Of a stretch of 64,000 bases of DNA, positions 11,607-25,470 are shown one piece after another. This DNA is from Puccinia triticina. Taxonomy: Eukaryota. Numbering within the stretch: position 1 is the first letter of the stretch; each line of letters opens with the position of its first letter. The position numbers were made by a program, and so were the translations under genes. The stretch is taken from the NCBI GenBank assembly GCA_026914245.1, contig CP110439.1:992001-1056000 (forward strand), written 5' to 3'. Under the pieces are notes generated by a model. It was not told where the DNA came from. It made no database searches and worked only from the letters and a program-made list of their open reading frames with translations.

Positions 11607-13864
11607 ATGAGGTTAGGCTTGTTATCCACACTTAGACAGGTCGTGAAGACGTTGGTTTTGTTGGACTTGCTGTTATTATCCCATCCAACGTCTAGCGCCC
11701 GCCTGGAATCATCGAATGCTCCCAAGCTGGTATTCGCTCATTTTATGTCAGTTGGTTCCTCTCCTCCGAGCTTATTATCCATGGCTGCCAGAAATGCTTT
11801 CAAACTGAACGAAACATCTCTTTACTACTTGAAGTACCGGTTTGACAGTAAATTATACACGATCGGATTGGAGCTCGCAATGCAATCTCGCTGCTTCGCA
11901 TGGCATCGACGCGTTTGCGTTGAACGTGGGCTTGCCGGATGGGTGGCAATTGCAACAGGTCCGTACCTCGATGTCTCACCCACAGCAGTAAGTCTGATGG
12001 ATCTCAGCAGCTCATTATTATACGCCTATACATTATACAGGTAAAAGACGCGTATGAGGTGGCCGACGCAATTAAGACAACAACGGGAAAGGCATTTAAG
12101 CTTTTCTTATCCCTAGATAGTAAGTTGAAGGATGGCACATGACACAGAATAGGGCAAGAACCTTCTCTAAAATAGCGTATTCCTAAATGTGCAGTGTCAG
12201 TTATTCAAAGCGCGGAAGATGTCACCACCTGGGTCACAAGCTTTGTTCCACTACCTGCTCAATTGCGTAAGTGAATCCGCTGTTGGACCCTCGGGGCAAG
12301 ATGTAAACTGTGAGGATAACGCAAAGCTCATCATTTCCAATATAGTTATCAACGGGCGACCCTTGGTTTCGACCTTTTCTGGAGAGGCAAATAAACTCGG
12401 GGGAGAGGATTTATCATCTGGATGGCAAGCAGCTTTGAAAGCGCCGTTGGCTCGAGGAAACCCCTCGCTCGATGCGCTTTTCATCCCGGCTTGGTCCAGT
12501 CTAGATCCCAGTACCGCCGTCTCGGACCATCCGGTGGTTGATGGAATCATGACATGGAACTCTTGGTAGGCTGCATGAAGCGGTTTTGGGCTGGATGCCA
12601 CAATATCCGATCAAGTTGACAATGGTCTTTTCTGGATTTGCAGGCCCACTGGTTCTGAGAATACCAATACACTGGATGACTATCAGTTTCAGACAAATGC
12701 TAAGGCTTCGCAAAAAGTAAGCCTGAATGCAAATAGTCTCTTCCCATGCGTTTTTTTTTCTGAGGCCATTTCCAAATGTTTTTTTTTTCTTCATAAGCTT
12801 TACATGGCGGGAGTCAGTCCGTGTTTTTTCACCCATTATAAAGACAAAAACTGGATTTATCGATCGGTAAGCACATCATAAGTTGTGTACCCGTCTCAAG
12901 GGGGACATAATTGTTCAATGAATCGAGAGGTGATCTTTCAAAAAATTATGTTTCCACAATCAGGATGATAATTTATACATCAGTCGGTGGATGAAATTAA
13001 TGTCGATGCCCACTCCACCCGATTTCATTCAAATCATTTCGTGGAATGACTATGGGGAGTCACACTACATTGGGCCTAGGCTAGGAACCCCGCCGGCTGA
13101 TACGACTTGGTTGTTAGTGTCCGGCATGGAAGTAAAATTGTAATGGCTGTTGAGGAGCTCACATCCTGCTACCTCTAGGGACGGTTTTGATCATCAAGCG
13201 TGGCTCAAGATGTCAGATTACTTCATAAAATGGTACAAGACTGGAGTCCGACCAACAATTGAAGAGGATACTGTTCACTTCAACTACCGACCTCATTCAG
13301 TCAACGCCATAGCTAGTGCGTGTGGTCCCCTCGAGAGCACTTCTTCATCCCATAATAGCCTCTCTGATTGTCGGCTCTGATTATTTTACTCAGCCTCCGA
13401 CACCCTCCCACCGCCCACCAATTCGTCAGTTTCAGTGGATGCAATCTACGTCTCTACTTATCTGAGCGCTTCATCACCCGCTACGCAATTGCGCATCAGA
13501 GTAGGAGACATGCAGCAGTCCTTCAGCAACATTACTAGGTCAGAAGTCAATACTTTTACTGCCCCATGGAATGGACACACCGGGCGAGTAGAAGTAGCAC
13601 TACTCGACAATACTGGGAAAGAACTGATGAAGAAACAAGGAGATGTACCGATTAGTAATGATATCAAAACATATAACTTTAGTAAGCCTCGTGCGGTGGT
13701 ATCATACAAATTTCATGAACCAAAAGCTAATCATTATCTTCACAGATTACGCCGCAGCCATCTTGAGTAAAGATACATCCGGTACAGGCCCTGCCAGGTT
13801 ACTAAGAGCTCCTATCATCATATCTTTCTTCATCTTTCACCTTGCCTCATGGCAGATGTGGTAA
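11607..13864 (+). CDS. Secreted glycoside hydrolase family 71 alpha-1,3-glucanase (mutanase-like), multi-exon, hydrophobic C-tail
   Basis: Signal-peptide-like N-terminus; spliced motifs KLVFAHFI, GIDAFALNVG, RPLVSTFSGE, VDGIMTWNSWP, LYMAGVSPCFFTH, FIQIISWNDYGESHYIGP; ends ...IISFFIFHLASWQMW*. Confidence 0.9.
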
Positions 13865-14538
13865 ACCTGAAATTCCCTAGCACTGATCTAACTGGCCACG
13901 TAGTTGTAATTTTTGATTGTGGAATATAGCTTTGAAACCCTTTTATCACAATAAACACACACATCTCTAATGAAATATATCACAGCGTCTCCTAGATATT
14001 TATCATAGATAAATAACATGTCATTTTATTTCAAGTTGTCAATGTCATGCACCCTGGAAGTGATCATCTGCTTTTTTATAACTGCAACAGCTCAATGGAC
14101 ATATTTCAAAGAATGATTTGTATTGATGTGGCTCCAACCACTACGCAGGCTTGAAAATGGCCAGGTTTTCTTTTGAATTTCAGCCGACGCCAAGTGCGCA
14201 CCACTTTTTGGGTGGTATTTATGACAAGCCGGAGCAGATTTGGAGAATTTTAGAACTCGATTTTGAGAGTGATGTGTCCACTTGTGGCAAGTTCGTAACA
14301 ACATCAACTTTTTTATTGTTGCAAAATAGATGTTATGTACATACGGTTCTATGTTGCCTTGATTTCCATCCAGGCTCCAGCAACTCAAAGATGCTGGAAA
14401 ATTTAAACTCAAGTTTTCAAAGTCAAAATCAAACAGTAAGGTCTCATGGAGGAATTCGAGAGGAAAGCATCAAACTGGAAGCGACATGATCAAAGGTTAT
14501 GCAAGCGGTCTTTCAGCCCACTTTTGGTCAAGAATCGG

Positions 14539-15575
14539 TTACAAAAGCTTCAAGTGTCGGGTCACCTGTAACGCAACGAGGGGTCAAGTCAGCAGGTGGA
14601 AGTTCAAATTAGTTCATACAGGGATCGTTGTGAGCTCACTTGGTTAATCAGTCCCACAGGGCCAGGGCCAATTCCCAGAACTGTTCGACTACCTGCAGCG
14701 ATCTGGGTCCTTCCTCTTTGAAATTAATCACACATGTTAGATCGGATGGCTTGTATTACGGATTTGGGCAGCATGGACTTACGCATCACAAATATCTTGG
14801 GCACAGAGTCCAAGACTCCTTGCTTTAGCTTTCAGCAGAAGCATTTCGTCCTCTTCCGTGCCGCATTCGGTCTTTTCAAGTTTTAACGCGATTTTCGCTT
14901 GTCCACTCCTTTCCCAATGTCGGAGTAAAGCGGGGTTGGACTTGACCAGCGTCTTGTAGCAAGCTAGCGTTGCATGACTAAAGGAGTGCGTAAATGAATA
15001 AGAAAGTATTAATAAATGCGTATTTTTTCCCATAGTACTTTTTCGGAAATGCTCGCCTACACTGCGCCGCTATTTTACCCTTGGTCATTCCTAAATCGCC
15101 CCGTACAACAAGTACCTAGACACGAATCACAAAAGAGACATGACTGTGAGTCCAATGTCGCGCAATTAAGAATAAAAATGGAAACTGGCCTACCAGTTTG
15201 CTTTCCTCGCTCCAGCTTGGCTGGACAGATTTCAAATCAGCTTCATCATGGCTATCCAGCTCTGATTCCGAAGAGTCCCCCGGCGGTTTCTCATTCCGCC
15301 TCAAGTTGTCATCGCTATCGCTGTCAGTCCGGCGTGGATGATTAGCATTCCCTCGAGTGTATCCCAGTGATCTGCCCAGGCCAACCCAATATCCGATCGT
15401 GAGCGACGAGATTATCAGTGCCAAATAGGTAAAAGCTGGCTCTGGTATAACTTCTCTTTTTCAAGGTGAATCGAGAGAATACGTTGACGAATCAGTATGA
15501 TGGTAGGCTGAGCAGATCAGAGCTAATGATATGAACGTGTCTGCTTTACTGACCTCCGGCGGTGGGGTGAGGCAT
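14539..15575 (-). CDS. PTH2: Peptidyl-tRNA hydrolase 2 with N-terminal membrane anchor
   Basis: Spliced: [32 protein letters not shown]...[30 protein letters not shown]...GQAKIALK...[21 protein letters not shown]...VTRHLKLL*. Confidence 0.92.
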
Positions 15576-16303
15576 CGTGAAATTTTATGGTGGGTCGATC
15601 GAGGGTGGATGTTTGTCGGAGGCGGCGCGATGGTGGCCAAACCCTCCAAAAACATCACTGCAGATCACTGCGCGTCGTCCTGCGCCAACGGGGCAAGCAT
15701 CCGCGCAATGATGGTGCACCAGGGCGTGGACTCGAGGCGGACAAATTCCAACAAATTCCGCAAGACAAAAAGACTTCCAATCATGAAAAATCACGACATT
15801 CGCATCTTTCGGCAGCAAGTTGACTTGTTTCCTGGCCAAAGTGAGTGAAAACCACGGGACTAGAATGCCGCATTCGGGGGTTTCACAAGTTGAGCGCTTA
15901 AGGTTTTTCACCTACGAGGTCATCCAGGAGGACTTCCTCTTGGCTAAAATAGACTTTATGTACTGGACTTTTGATTGAGATCAAGTATTCACCAGCCAAC
16001 AAGGGTGAGCGGACTCGAACTTGACCGAAGTCCCTCGCTGCTGCGGGCGTGTGGTCTTGCGAAGGACTCCGATAGCCCTCGGCAGGAGGGACTTGAGCGC
16101 TATCACCCAGAGCCTAGAATCTGGATTTGGCTGGGTTTTGTTGTTCTCAAAACTTTAAACCTTAAAAATTTGCTTGGCACAAAGCCTTGCTTCTAAGTTT
16201 TATCTGTTGCCCCATACAACCTGAACTACGTTACACCACTTCTTAGATTATCAAAGTAAATAAAAACTTGCGCTAGTTTGATGCTTTTTTTATTTTACTC
16301 AGA

Positions 16304-18748
16304 TTAGTAACGAGACCCCCTCATGAAGATTGAAACTAATCTGAGAAATGAATTGGATAGATTTGGCATATGTCGAGATACAAAAACAGGATTGACGGTT
16401 AGTTTCCAAGAAAACCAAGATGCAAAGCCTTTGGACAGACCTATCACATTCGACCATCAACTCTTTTGCATGTTTAGTCACCTCGCTATCCTCATGATTA
16501 AACATGACCGCATTAGCCAACATCAACATCAAATCTCTGCGGTACTCCTCAGTAGTGGTGACTTTACCGTCCCTCAACTTCTTAGCAAGAGTGCGAAGAT
16601 CCATGGGTCTTTTGACGATCGAAGTGTATCCGGGAGCTTCGGACTCCTTGACGGGGTCGCGGAAGATAGAGGAGATCGGGTTGGATTGGACCGACGAATG
16701 GGTCTTGAGCATTCGTCTCCTGAACGAGGTCGGGTCACTAGTGGTCGACGAGGACCCATGCCGCGGCCCTGCCGAGCTCGCATCTGCCGGGAAGAGCGGT
16801 AGCTTGGCTGAGTTCGGGGTCTGGTTCGCTGTCGAGTTCCCATCGGTGATCCCCGTCGCAAAAGCTTCTCGAGCACCACAAAATCCACCGCCCACAGAGA
16901 AGAAAAAAACATCAAGGAGGAGTGTGATCAGCGTGAGTATTCGTATATACCTACAAGCATTCGAGAATATCTACTCACAGGCTGAGTTGGGAGTGCCCAC
17001 TCGACTAGCATCGGCCGAATGATCATTGTCTAGATGCAATTTCTTGTTGGAGCTCGGTGAATGTGCCGCCGAATGAGACTCCTCGGGCCCTTTCGTGCTC
17101 ACATTAGTCCCAGGGGACTCGTGGTTTAACGGCTTGGTTGAAGAAGGATTAGTTTCGGAGTCTTGGGCTGGCTCCTCTTGGACTGTCGTCTTTTCTTTAT
17201 TAGGCGTCACTAAGAAAAGAAGCCGAAGGGAAAGCATGAGTGAACTGGCGATTCGGGGATCTTGATTGTGGGTTATCACGTACATGTTACTTTGGCCGTC
17301 CGACTCCTTAAGCTTTTATCTAAAATCTTTGGAGTCTTGGGATCGGGAGGATCTTCATGCTCGGACTTGATTTTTTTATTCTGTGGAGGTTTATGGCTTG
17401 AAGGCTTGGTCTCTACAGGCTCATTTGCTTCCAACTCGACTTTGCGGGTCTTGCGCGTAACTGGCCCACTTGGAGTGGGACGGTCACGTGAGCCGATGAG
17501 CTGTTGTATCACGGTTTCGTCGTCATCTGAGGCTGGGCTTTCGGCCCCCTTGGGTGATTCTGATGAATCGCTTGCAGTTGTCACAGATGCTATACATTCA
17601 GAAAAAGTAAGTTTGTTGGCAAACATAGACAGAATAGCAGCTCTCGTTGATGGTACACGAACGAGCTCACGTTTCTCGGGTTCTGGGCGTGGAGTTTTAT
17701 CGAGCTTCCGTTGAGAAACGCTGGTAGGAGCAGCTTTTCGTTTGCGGCTTTTCGGCACGTCGGCGTTGCCCAAGGAGGCATCATTATTTTCGGGAGGAAC
17801 TTCGGTGCTGTTAGAGGGATCTTGTATCTCCTTTTTAGCAGCACGCTTGGTCCTCGATATTGGGGATTTTTTCGCTGCCGACCGCCCCAGAGAAACCGGA
17901 GCTGCTACTGTGACCGTTGACAGAATGGGTGAACAAAATGATATAAGTGCTTGCGAACATCTTCACTCTCCCACCGCAGATCGGAAAAATTAGAAAGATT
18001 CGCGACCCAAATTCGAGACTGACAGCTGCTGCCCGGCTCGCTTTGTTTATCCACGTCGTTCTCCTCTACCTGCTCCGGAATTTCGGGATTTGATGGGCTG
18101 GCAGGATGGGAGTCGGGGGGCTTTGGAGATTGGACTTGCGGAGCCTCTGGACTAGTCGGTTTGTCGCAATCTGCAATCAGTCTGAGCTTATCATCCCATT
18201 CTCCACGTTTGATAGCCTCTATTTCCGTTTGAAGGCTTTGAGATCTCTTCTCCTCTTCCAGGAGAGCCTCTGCAATGGACTTCAGGTGAACCTCGTACAG
18301 CTGACGGGCGACGGTTAGGGTCTGGTGTGCGTCCAAAGATGCCTTCTGGTCTAGCTTATCTTCGAGATAGGTCTTGCAGATGTTCGCGTAAACGTTGGAG
18401 CAGACCTATTTATTTGAATGGGCATTATTCGAAGAAGATAGATAATGTATCTCAACAGAGGGAGACGCAGGATCGATAAACAACACTCGGTCTCGAGCCA
18501 GTATCAGACAGACACCAATTCATATGCGGCCGCACCTCGGGGTTGAAGGATGTGCCATGCAGCCAGTGCCAGTCTTCGGTCTTCCTCGCCTGCTGGAATC
18601 CATGGAGCAGCTCGGCGACTTGTTCCCAATCGACCGTCTGCTCGGTTCCTTCGCGCGGCTGGGCTTGGTGGACGGCCTGGGCGAGCAGAAGCTGTTCCTG
18701 GATTGAGAGCTTCCGCTCGGCTTCGGTGGCCGCGTTCACTTCCGCCAT
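16304..18748 (-). CDS. Bromodomain protein, BRD8-like (N-terminal SANT-like segment and coiled coil, C-terminal bromodomain)
   Basis: N-term EQLLLAQAVH...DWEQVAELL, EIEAIKRGEWD; bromodomain SSIFRDPVKESEAPGYTSIVKRPMDLRTL...RDLMLMLANAVMFN; last exon RLVSIFMRGSRY*. Confidence 0.82.
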
Positions 18749-18948
18749 CGTCCTGTCCTTGGCTCGTTGTTTTCGGAAGTGCTGTGCCGATGGAAGCTTG
18801 GGGAGGAGATACCCGGTCGGGCCCACGGGTCGCCCGACGGCCCGACCAGAGAGCATAGAGTGGCCCACTTTGGAAAAAAAAAAAGAAAGAAAACTTTTGC
18901 TATCCATCTCAGCCTCGACAGCAACAAGACATCCGGAAACAAAATATT
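18749..18948. promoter_or_regulatory. Probable bidirectional promoter (BRD8-like / SPB4)
   Basis: Only 200 bp between the divergent predicted ATGs at 18748 (-) and 18949 (+). Confidence 0.55.
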
Positions 18949-21900
18949 ATGGCCATCGAACCAAGCAAGACAAACAAATTCGATGATCTCAAACCACCAC
19001 TAACATCATGGGTGTGAGTCCTTCGAACAAGATAATCCTCCGGCTGAACTCTGGGACTAACTTACTTATCTTCACAGCTCAGATACCATCAAATCGTTAG
19101 GCTTCCATCAGATGACCCCTGTTCAAGCGCATACCATCCCTCTATTCTTACAAAATAAAGATGTCGTCGTCCAGGTCAATCCGATTTGATTCCTCCTTAC
19201 AGAATTCGTGTATTCTAACCTCATGGTTTTCGATCTTCTTGGCATTTACCTTTTTTTTTCAACTGGCCATACAAAGGCAGTGACTGGATCGGGAAAGACT
19301 CTGGCATTCCTGATTCCTATCATCGAGAGGCTTGTTCAGTTGGAACAACGCCCCAAGTCCCATGTCGCTGCAATAATCATCAGCCCAACAAGGTAGATAC
19401 AGCACGTATGAACCAGCTCCATCTGGCTGCACCCTGATGTCGGACAGATTCAAAACCTCATGTCCTATGCTACATCCTTGTACACCCACAGGGAATTGGC
19501 AAGTCAGACGTTCCAAGTCTTAAATCAATTTCTAGATAACCGTCCCTCCACCTCCGATCAACCCGACTCGTCGTCAACCCCTACTGCGCCATTTCTCAAA
19601 GCAATGTTACTGATCGGGGGCACTGGGGGCCGCTCGATCAAACACGATATGTCTGAATTCCAAGAGAATGGCGCCAATATCCTCGTGGCTACACCTGGAA
19701 GATTAGAAGAATTCTTGTTCGGTTATAGTAGTCTCACCAAGCGCAAAACCAATGATCTCTCCGAAATCAAACAGAAGGTGCCATTGAAGACCCTTGTCAA
19801 CCTGAAAAGTTTGGAAGTTTTAGTACTTGATGAAGCTGATAGGTCAGTCGAGCTCTTTGTATCACCCCTTACCCTCATCAATCTTAACCTATATAAGATG
19901 ATATACTCATCAAGACTGTTTGCTAATGCCTTAGGCTACTTGACTTGGGTTTTGCCCCTGTACTTTCTAATATTTTGGGCAAGTTACCGAAGCAGAGAAG
20001 GACGGGTCTATTTTCAGCGACCTTGCTAAACGACGGCTTAACTGAACTGATCAGAGCTGGTCTACGGAACCCAGTTAAGGTGGTTGTAAAAGTCCAAACA
20101 TCAAATCAAAACCTTCGGGAAAACGAGGCTGGTCCCGCGACTCTAAGAAACGAGTATATTGCCGTCCCGAAAGTCGCTTGGAAGATGCCCCAGTTGGTTC
20201 GGTTACTCAATCACCTCGCCTACCCAGAACCAAAGCAAAAAGCCCCTGGGGCCAGAAAATTAATCGTTTATTTTGCTACTTGTGCTTGTGTAGAATATTT
20301 CTACAAGGTATGTTCGAATCTCCTTTTTTGTCTTTCTCTTTGGTATCTCCAACACAATGACAACGTACAAAACTGCTGATATGACTCCCGCTGTTCTGAG
20401 ATACCCTCAGATTCTTTCGGTGCTCGATGAATTAAAATCATTTTCGGTTCATTCACTGCATGGTCAACAAAGCCCAACTCGAAGATCGATGACGTTCACA
20501 GCCTTCAAGAGCTCTAATCCGTTGTCCCCGGCCGTGTTACTCTGTACGGATCTGGCGGCTCGAGGCTTAGATCTTCCAGATGTCGATGTTGTTATTCAGT
20601 TCGATCCTCCGAAAGATGTCCGCAATTTCTTCCATCGGATCGGTCGCACGGCAAGGGCAGGGAAAAGTGGACGAGCAATCGTTTTCCTTCAATCAAATCG
20701 AGAACTGGACTATGTTGGTTGGTCCCGGCAATTTTCGTTTCTCTTCAAATATCGCGATATTAACAAACATGTTCTTTGTTTGCTGTAGATTATCTGAAGC
20801 TCAAGAATTTACAGTTAACATCCCTCCCTTACATCCGATCGGCTTCTAGATCGAGTCGGGCTGAAAGTGAAGGATCCGAAATTACTACGGATTCAACCGC
20901 CGATAAATTGATCAGTAAAATCAAAAACATTATCAAAACAGATCGTGCCTTGCACGATCGTGTCAGTTGTCGCTGTCCTTCTTGTCAACTCCTCTGTTTC
21001 ATCATGGCCCTTACCAAAGAGAACTTTCCTCGGTGGAGTTGCGCTGATCCTTAACTGCTTTGACCGAAATGAATCCTTCAGGGCGTCAAAGCGTTTGTTT
21101 CATATGTCCAGTTCTATTCGAAACACGAGGCCTCTTACATATTTAAGCTAGACCAGCTTGATCTATTGTCGCTTGCCTTTCACGGATTCGGACTGATCAA
21201 ATTGCCGAAGATGCCGGAATTGAAGAAATTTCGAAGTCAACTCGAGTTAGTTACCCCCGATGGATTCGAGGTGGGGCAAGACGAATTCAACGTAAGCGCA
21301 GTGCTCTTGTGGCTGGAATTAACAAAATCATTGTTGATCGGACCTTTTCAATGTAAATTTGTTTGCCCCTTTTACCCACATTATTCAATTGTCTCTTCTC
21401 TGTCACTCAAAGTGGGCCCAATATTCGTATCTGGATCCAATGAAGGAAGCTCAACGACAGGAGAAACACAAACAAACAGTAGAGGCGCAAAAAATGATCA
21501 AAGAGTCCAACCAAACCAACAGCACGTCGACCGGATCGACTACGACGAGCAAACAATCTAGTCAAACGACTACCCCAATTGACAAGAAAATCTTAGAATT
21601 GGAACAGAAAAAGTTGCCCGAAAAGGCGGCCTGGTCTAAGAAAATTAACGCCAAGATCTCGAAAGAGCAAAAACGGCTGAAACGAATCAGGGAGAAGGAA
21701 GGAGGCGGATTCAAGAGAAGTAATGGGGACCCGACCTTGCCCGCTACTAATCAAGATGACCAAGATAATGACGATGATGATGATGAAGAGGAGGGAGAGA
21801 CGGATTGGAAGGAACTGGTGATGGAGAAGAAAACTCTCAAAAAAATTAAGCTGGAAACCGATCAACAGAAATTGCTCGAGGGTGATCCAAATCAACCGGC

Positions 21901-21961
21901 TGTTATTCCCTCTGCTGGATTTGATAAAAATCTAGGAGAATTTTTCCTTGGCTTGGCATGA
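18949..21961 (+). CDS. SPB4: DEAD-box rRNA helicase Spb4/DDX55
   Basis: Q motif [69 protein letters not shown]; Spb4-type C-terminal segment [18 protein letters not shown]...[14 protein letters not shown]. Confidence 0.93.
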
Positions 21962-22924
21962 CTCAACCTTTGTTTTTCTTGTTATCATTCTGGCTTTAAT
22001 TAACCTTTATGGTTCAGATTTTCTTAGGTGTGGAGACCTGATCTATTGGATCAGTTTTGAATTCGATCTCTTCTTTCCTTTTGAGCGAGTCTGCATGAAA
22101 TCCTCATCAATTTCAGAGCTGAACTAAGAGCTTCTGCTGCACTTGAGCTGTTTTGCTCACCTCTGCCACCATGGCTATCTAGAAAGAGAGGCTGACAAAG
22201 AAAAAAAAAAAGTGGCACCCGAGTAGCACTCAACTTGTTGATGCTCCTCAGTTTTCTTGCTACTCTAGCTAGTCGTAACTCGCTTCGAAACACAACTCCG
22301 TGCGTAGGCAAAAATTTCCTCCTGTTAGTTTTGGCTTGGCTGTATGGTGCTCTGCGAACTTCCCTACTGGGCCGATACCATTAGATTCTCTGAAGTGGCT
22401 CATTTTATCATTCTTCAAAGAAAAGAAAGCTTCTACACTTTTCACTATTAGATGTACAAGACTTCAATGTTGATATATTTAGTGAAATAATAAATAAAAG
22501 AAGTTGTGATGGCTAAGGAAGATCTATTCTATTGAGTGAGACTAATAAGTGTGTGTTTATATGCAAAAACTGTAAATCCGATGGTTGAGATGAAATAGGG
22601 AGAGTGAAATCAAAGGGCTGATGACAGAAGAGATAAGTAAATAAATAGATAGATAGCATCAAGCAGATTGCTCAGCGAATCAGGAACGAGGAGGCGGGAA
22701 CAGTCAAACAATCTCCAGCCGATTGATCTGCTTAAAACGAGAGCTACGAAGAAAACTATCAGAAGAATTGGATCGACATGGAGTATTAGGAGGAATAAAT
22801 ACAATACAAGTTTTAAACAAATAAACCTTGGACTTCGGTTTTGGGGATCCGAGGAAGAAGTAGTTTACAGGTTTTTTGGTCTGCGGAGGTAGGGGTGAGA
22901 AGATGGGATGATGAGAGTGTGTTG

Positions 22925-24041
22925 TTAGGCCAGCCGAATTGAGGCAGATGTCGGGTCTGCGGGGAGAACTTGCTTCTCGCTGTCATTAGTAAGACTTGTG
23001 TTCGATGGACCGTTGGAGGATCGTTGCCGACTGTCTTCACCCCCTGAACTCCCTCGTCCTTGGCTGTTTTGGAAGAGTGTAGTGAGAACATTGTTGAACC
23101 CTAATCGTCCTGATTCTGCATTCGTTGCGAATCTGCAATTTACGACCAGAGCAGTGCGGGAAAAATGGGATATCAAAATTGAGAAAAGAAAAGCTGGGTG
23201 AAATAATGCTGATGGATCAAATTTTACCTGTCTCGAGCCCAGGATTCGAGTTTGGATCCCAGAATTCCCCAGGATTCCCCGATTGCTAGCGTGCCTTGGG
23301 CCTGGATATCAGCACGTTGAACGAAGTTGCTCGCTTGAGGATGAAAAGGTTGGTAACGGATTTGCTCTCGGCAGACCAAGATCGACGACATTGATAGATT
23401 GACTGAGCCCATCAGAACCATCGGTGATTGATCGGCTGAGCTGGGACTGAAAGGTATCATTAATTAGCCCAGAATCAACCCGGGAGGTTGGATATGGTTG
23501 GGTCCTTGGAAATCGGAAGAGGTTGGGATACTGTTCGCTGTTCAATCAACTCACACCTTGTAGAATATGACCTCTCGAACGTACTGTTCCTCCGCGCCTC
23601 CGACCAACTGCAGAAATCGAATACAACCAAGCGGGCAAAAACAGAAGAATGAGATCAGGACCCGGCTGACATGCTTTTTGACCCGCCGCAGATCAAGACA
23701 ATTCATACCTTCATGATCCAACGTGGGGCATGCTGGCGAATAGAGATCAATCTTTCGGTACGAATGGTGCCATCGGGTAAGAAGGACCTATCGAGGACAT
23801 CGACGGATGTAATATGTGTCGAATGCTCGTTTGGATACTTGTGCCAGATCCCGATCGCTACGTCGCGCTAGCTTGTGTGAGAGGACCAGAGAGAAGGGGC
23901 AGATGATCGGCAGAATGGATAAGGTATATCAAAAGAATAAGTATTTGTCTTACTCCAAGAGACCGTCAAACTCATACGATTTATCAATTCGAGACTTACG
24001 AATGCGAATGGAAAGAGATGCTGAGCCGTGAATACGACCAT
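22925..24041 (-). CDS. UPS2: PRELI/MSF1 mitochondrial lipid-transfer protein, Ups2/PRELID3-like
   Basis: Spliced MVVFTAQHLFPFAF|RDVAIGIWHKYPNEHSTHITSVDVLDR...TERLISIRQHAPRWIMK|LVGGAEEQYVRE...SVNLSMSSILVCREQIRYQP...RFATNAESGRLGFNNVL. Confidence 0.82.
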
Positions 24042-24462
24042 GAGGCTGGTGTGGAAGGGGTAGGATGTTCGCTGGAAGTCAGGGTGGTTCTCGGCTGGTT
24101 CGGATAATTTTGTTGGCTCCTGGTCAGTCTACCTTCCTCCGACTCAGCCCAGCCATCGTCATGTCACCGAGAGCCGGTGGGAGTGGGCCGGGGGCCGGGC
24201 AAGGCGGGCACAGTGCTGTGCTCGCAACCTCGACAACGCGACGTCCTTTCCCAGGCTAGCAACACAATCCCCTCGCAATCAAAGTCACAAGTCCCTCTGG
24301 CAAAGCCTCTGGCAAGAGAAGGCCTGGGTCGAAGCAAGCTTAGGCTTGTAAAGTGGCAGTCCTGGGGTGAAAGATTTCAGATTTTCACTGTACTTTTGGC
24401 AACTGCCAATTTAACTGTGGATAGCACTTTTGTCTGATCTCACCCTTCACTAGAAAAACAAA

Positions 24463-24724
24463 AAGAAACTGCTGCCAGTTGACATGCAGTTATGGTGTTC
24501 AAAGTTGGTTTGCATAATTTTATGCATGCATAAATCATAAAATCATAAAATCTTTTTTGCAGGGGATATGACTGTCTGATTATGTAATACAAAATTTCCT
24601 CACCAAAATATTTTTATGATTTTATGATTTATGCATGCATAAAAATATTCAAACCAACTTTGAACACCATAAGTATTACAAAGGCACCTTTTTTATATTG
24701 CATGTCAAATGGCAGCAGTTTCTT
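24463..24724. repeat. Foldback (long imperfect inverted repeat), probably MITE-derived
   Basis: aagaaactgctgcca...ttatggtgttcaaagttggtttg...tatgcatgcataaatcataaaatcataaaa pairs with ttttatgattttatgatttatgcatgcata...caaaccaactttgaacaccataa...tggcagcagtttctt; the right arm has a ~25-bp insertion. Confidence 0.8.
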
Positions 24725-24893
24725 GAGCTTTTTTCATAGTTTAGCTTGGATGTGACAAACATTTCCCAGCAGCCAGGTATCTTGCCTTCCTTCTTGTGTC
24801 ATTTTCATTAAATATTGCTGAGAAAAACCTACTTTCTTTGGACTTGAAAGCTGGAGCTCCCCTTGGATCTGCAACACTTCAAGAGCTATGCTT

Positions 24894-25470
24894 CACTGCA
24901 AAAAGCAGCACTTCTGCGCAACAAAGCAAAAAATGTCTACTCTAGATCCTGAGTAGTGTTAGCACTAGCAAAATACCACTACTTGGAGTGGTAGCAAAGC
25001 ACCAGCACTGCTACTGCAAATTCAACCTGTGTTTAGCAAAGAAATTTTCCTTTTTTGCTTTTTCTTCAGTTTAGCATAGCTGCAGAAGTTGCACCTTTGG
25101 CTCTATTAGTGCTCTGTAGCACCAAAAGCATAGGGAAGGGGCCTCTTTTGTACCAAAGTGTAGCAGGCAAGTCCGCCTTTCTGTGAATGATACCACACAT
25201 GATAATTAATCATCAATCTTCCACTTTATGATGTTGAGTACTGAGATTTGAATGACACTACATTGGTGCCAAAAATTTTCTTCCGCTACTATATCAAGAA
25301 GCGTAGTGGAATGCTGCTACTTGCTGCTTAAAATAGCTTGATATTTTCACACATTATTTCACCTTGAAAAAGTAGCAAAAGGTGTAGCGCCCATTCTGCC
25401 TCTAAAACTGTACCAAAGTGGGGCAAAAATCACCACACTTGCCACTAGATGTAACATAGCTGTTGCAGTG
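24894..25470. mobile_element. Degenerate CACTG-terminus (CACTA/EnSpm-like) non-autonomous element
   Basis: Termini cactgcaaaaagc / gctgttgcagtg; interior rich in tagc/gcta motifs; no matching TSD (ctt vs tgg). Confidence 0.4.

Noticed and set aside
15531..16196. Small ORFs between PTH2 and the bromodomain gene
   Set aside because: No recognisable motif or consistent splice model; likely promoter or UTR sequence.
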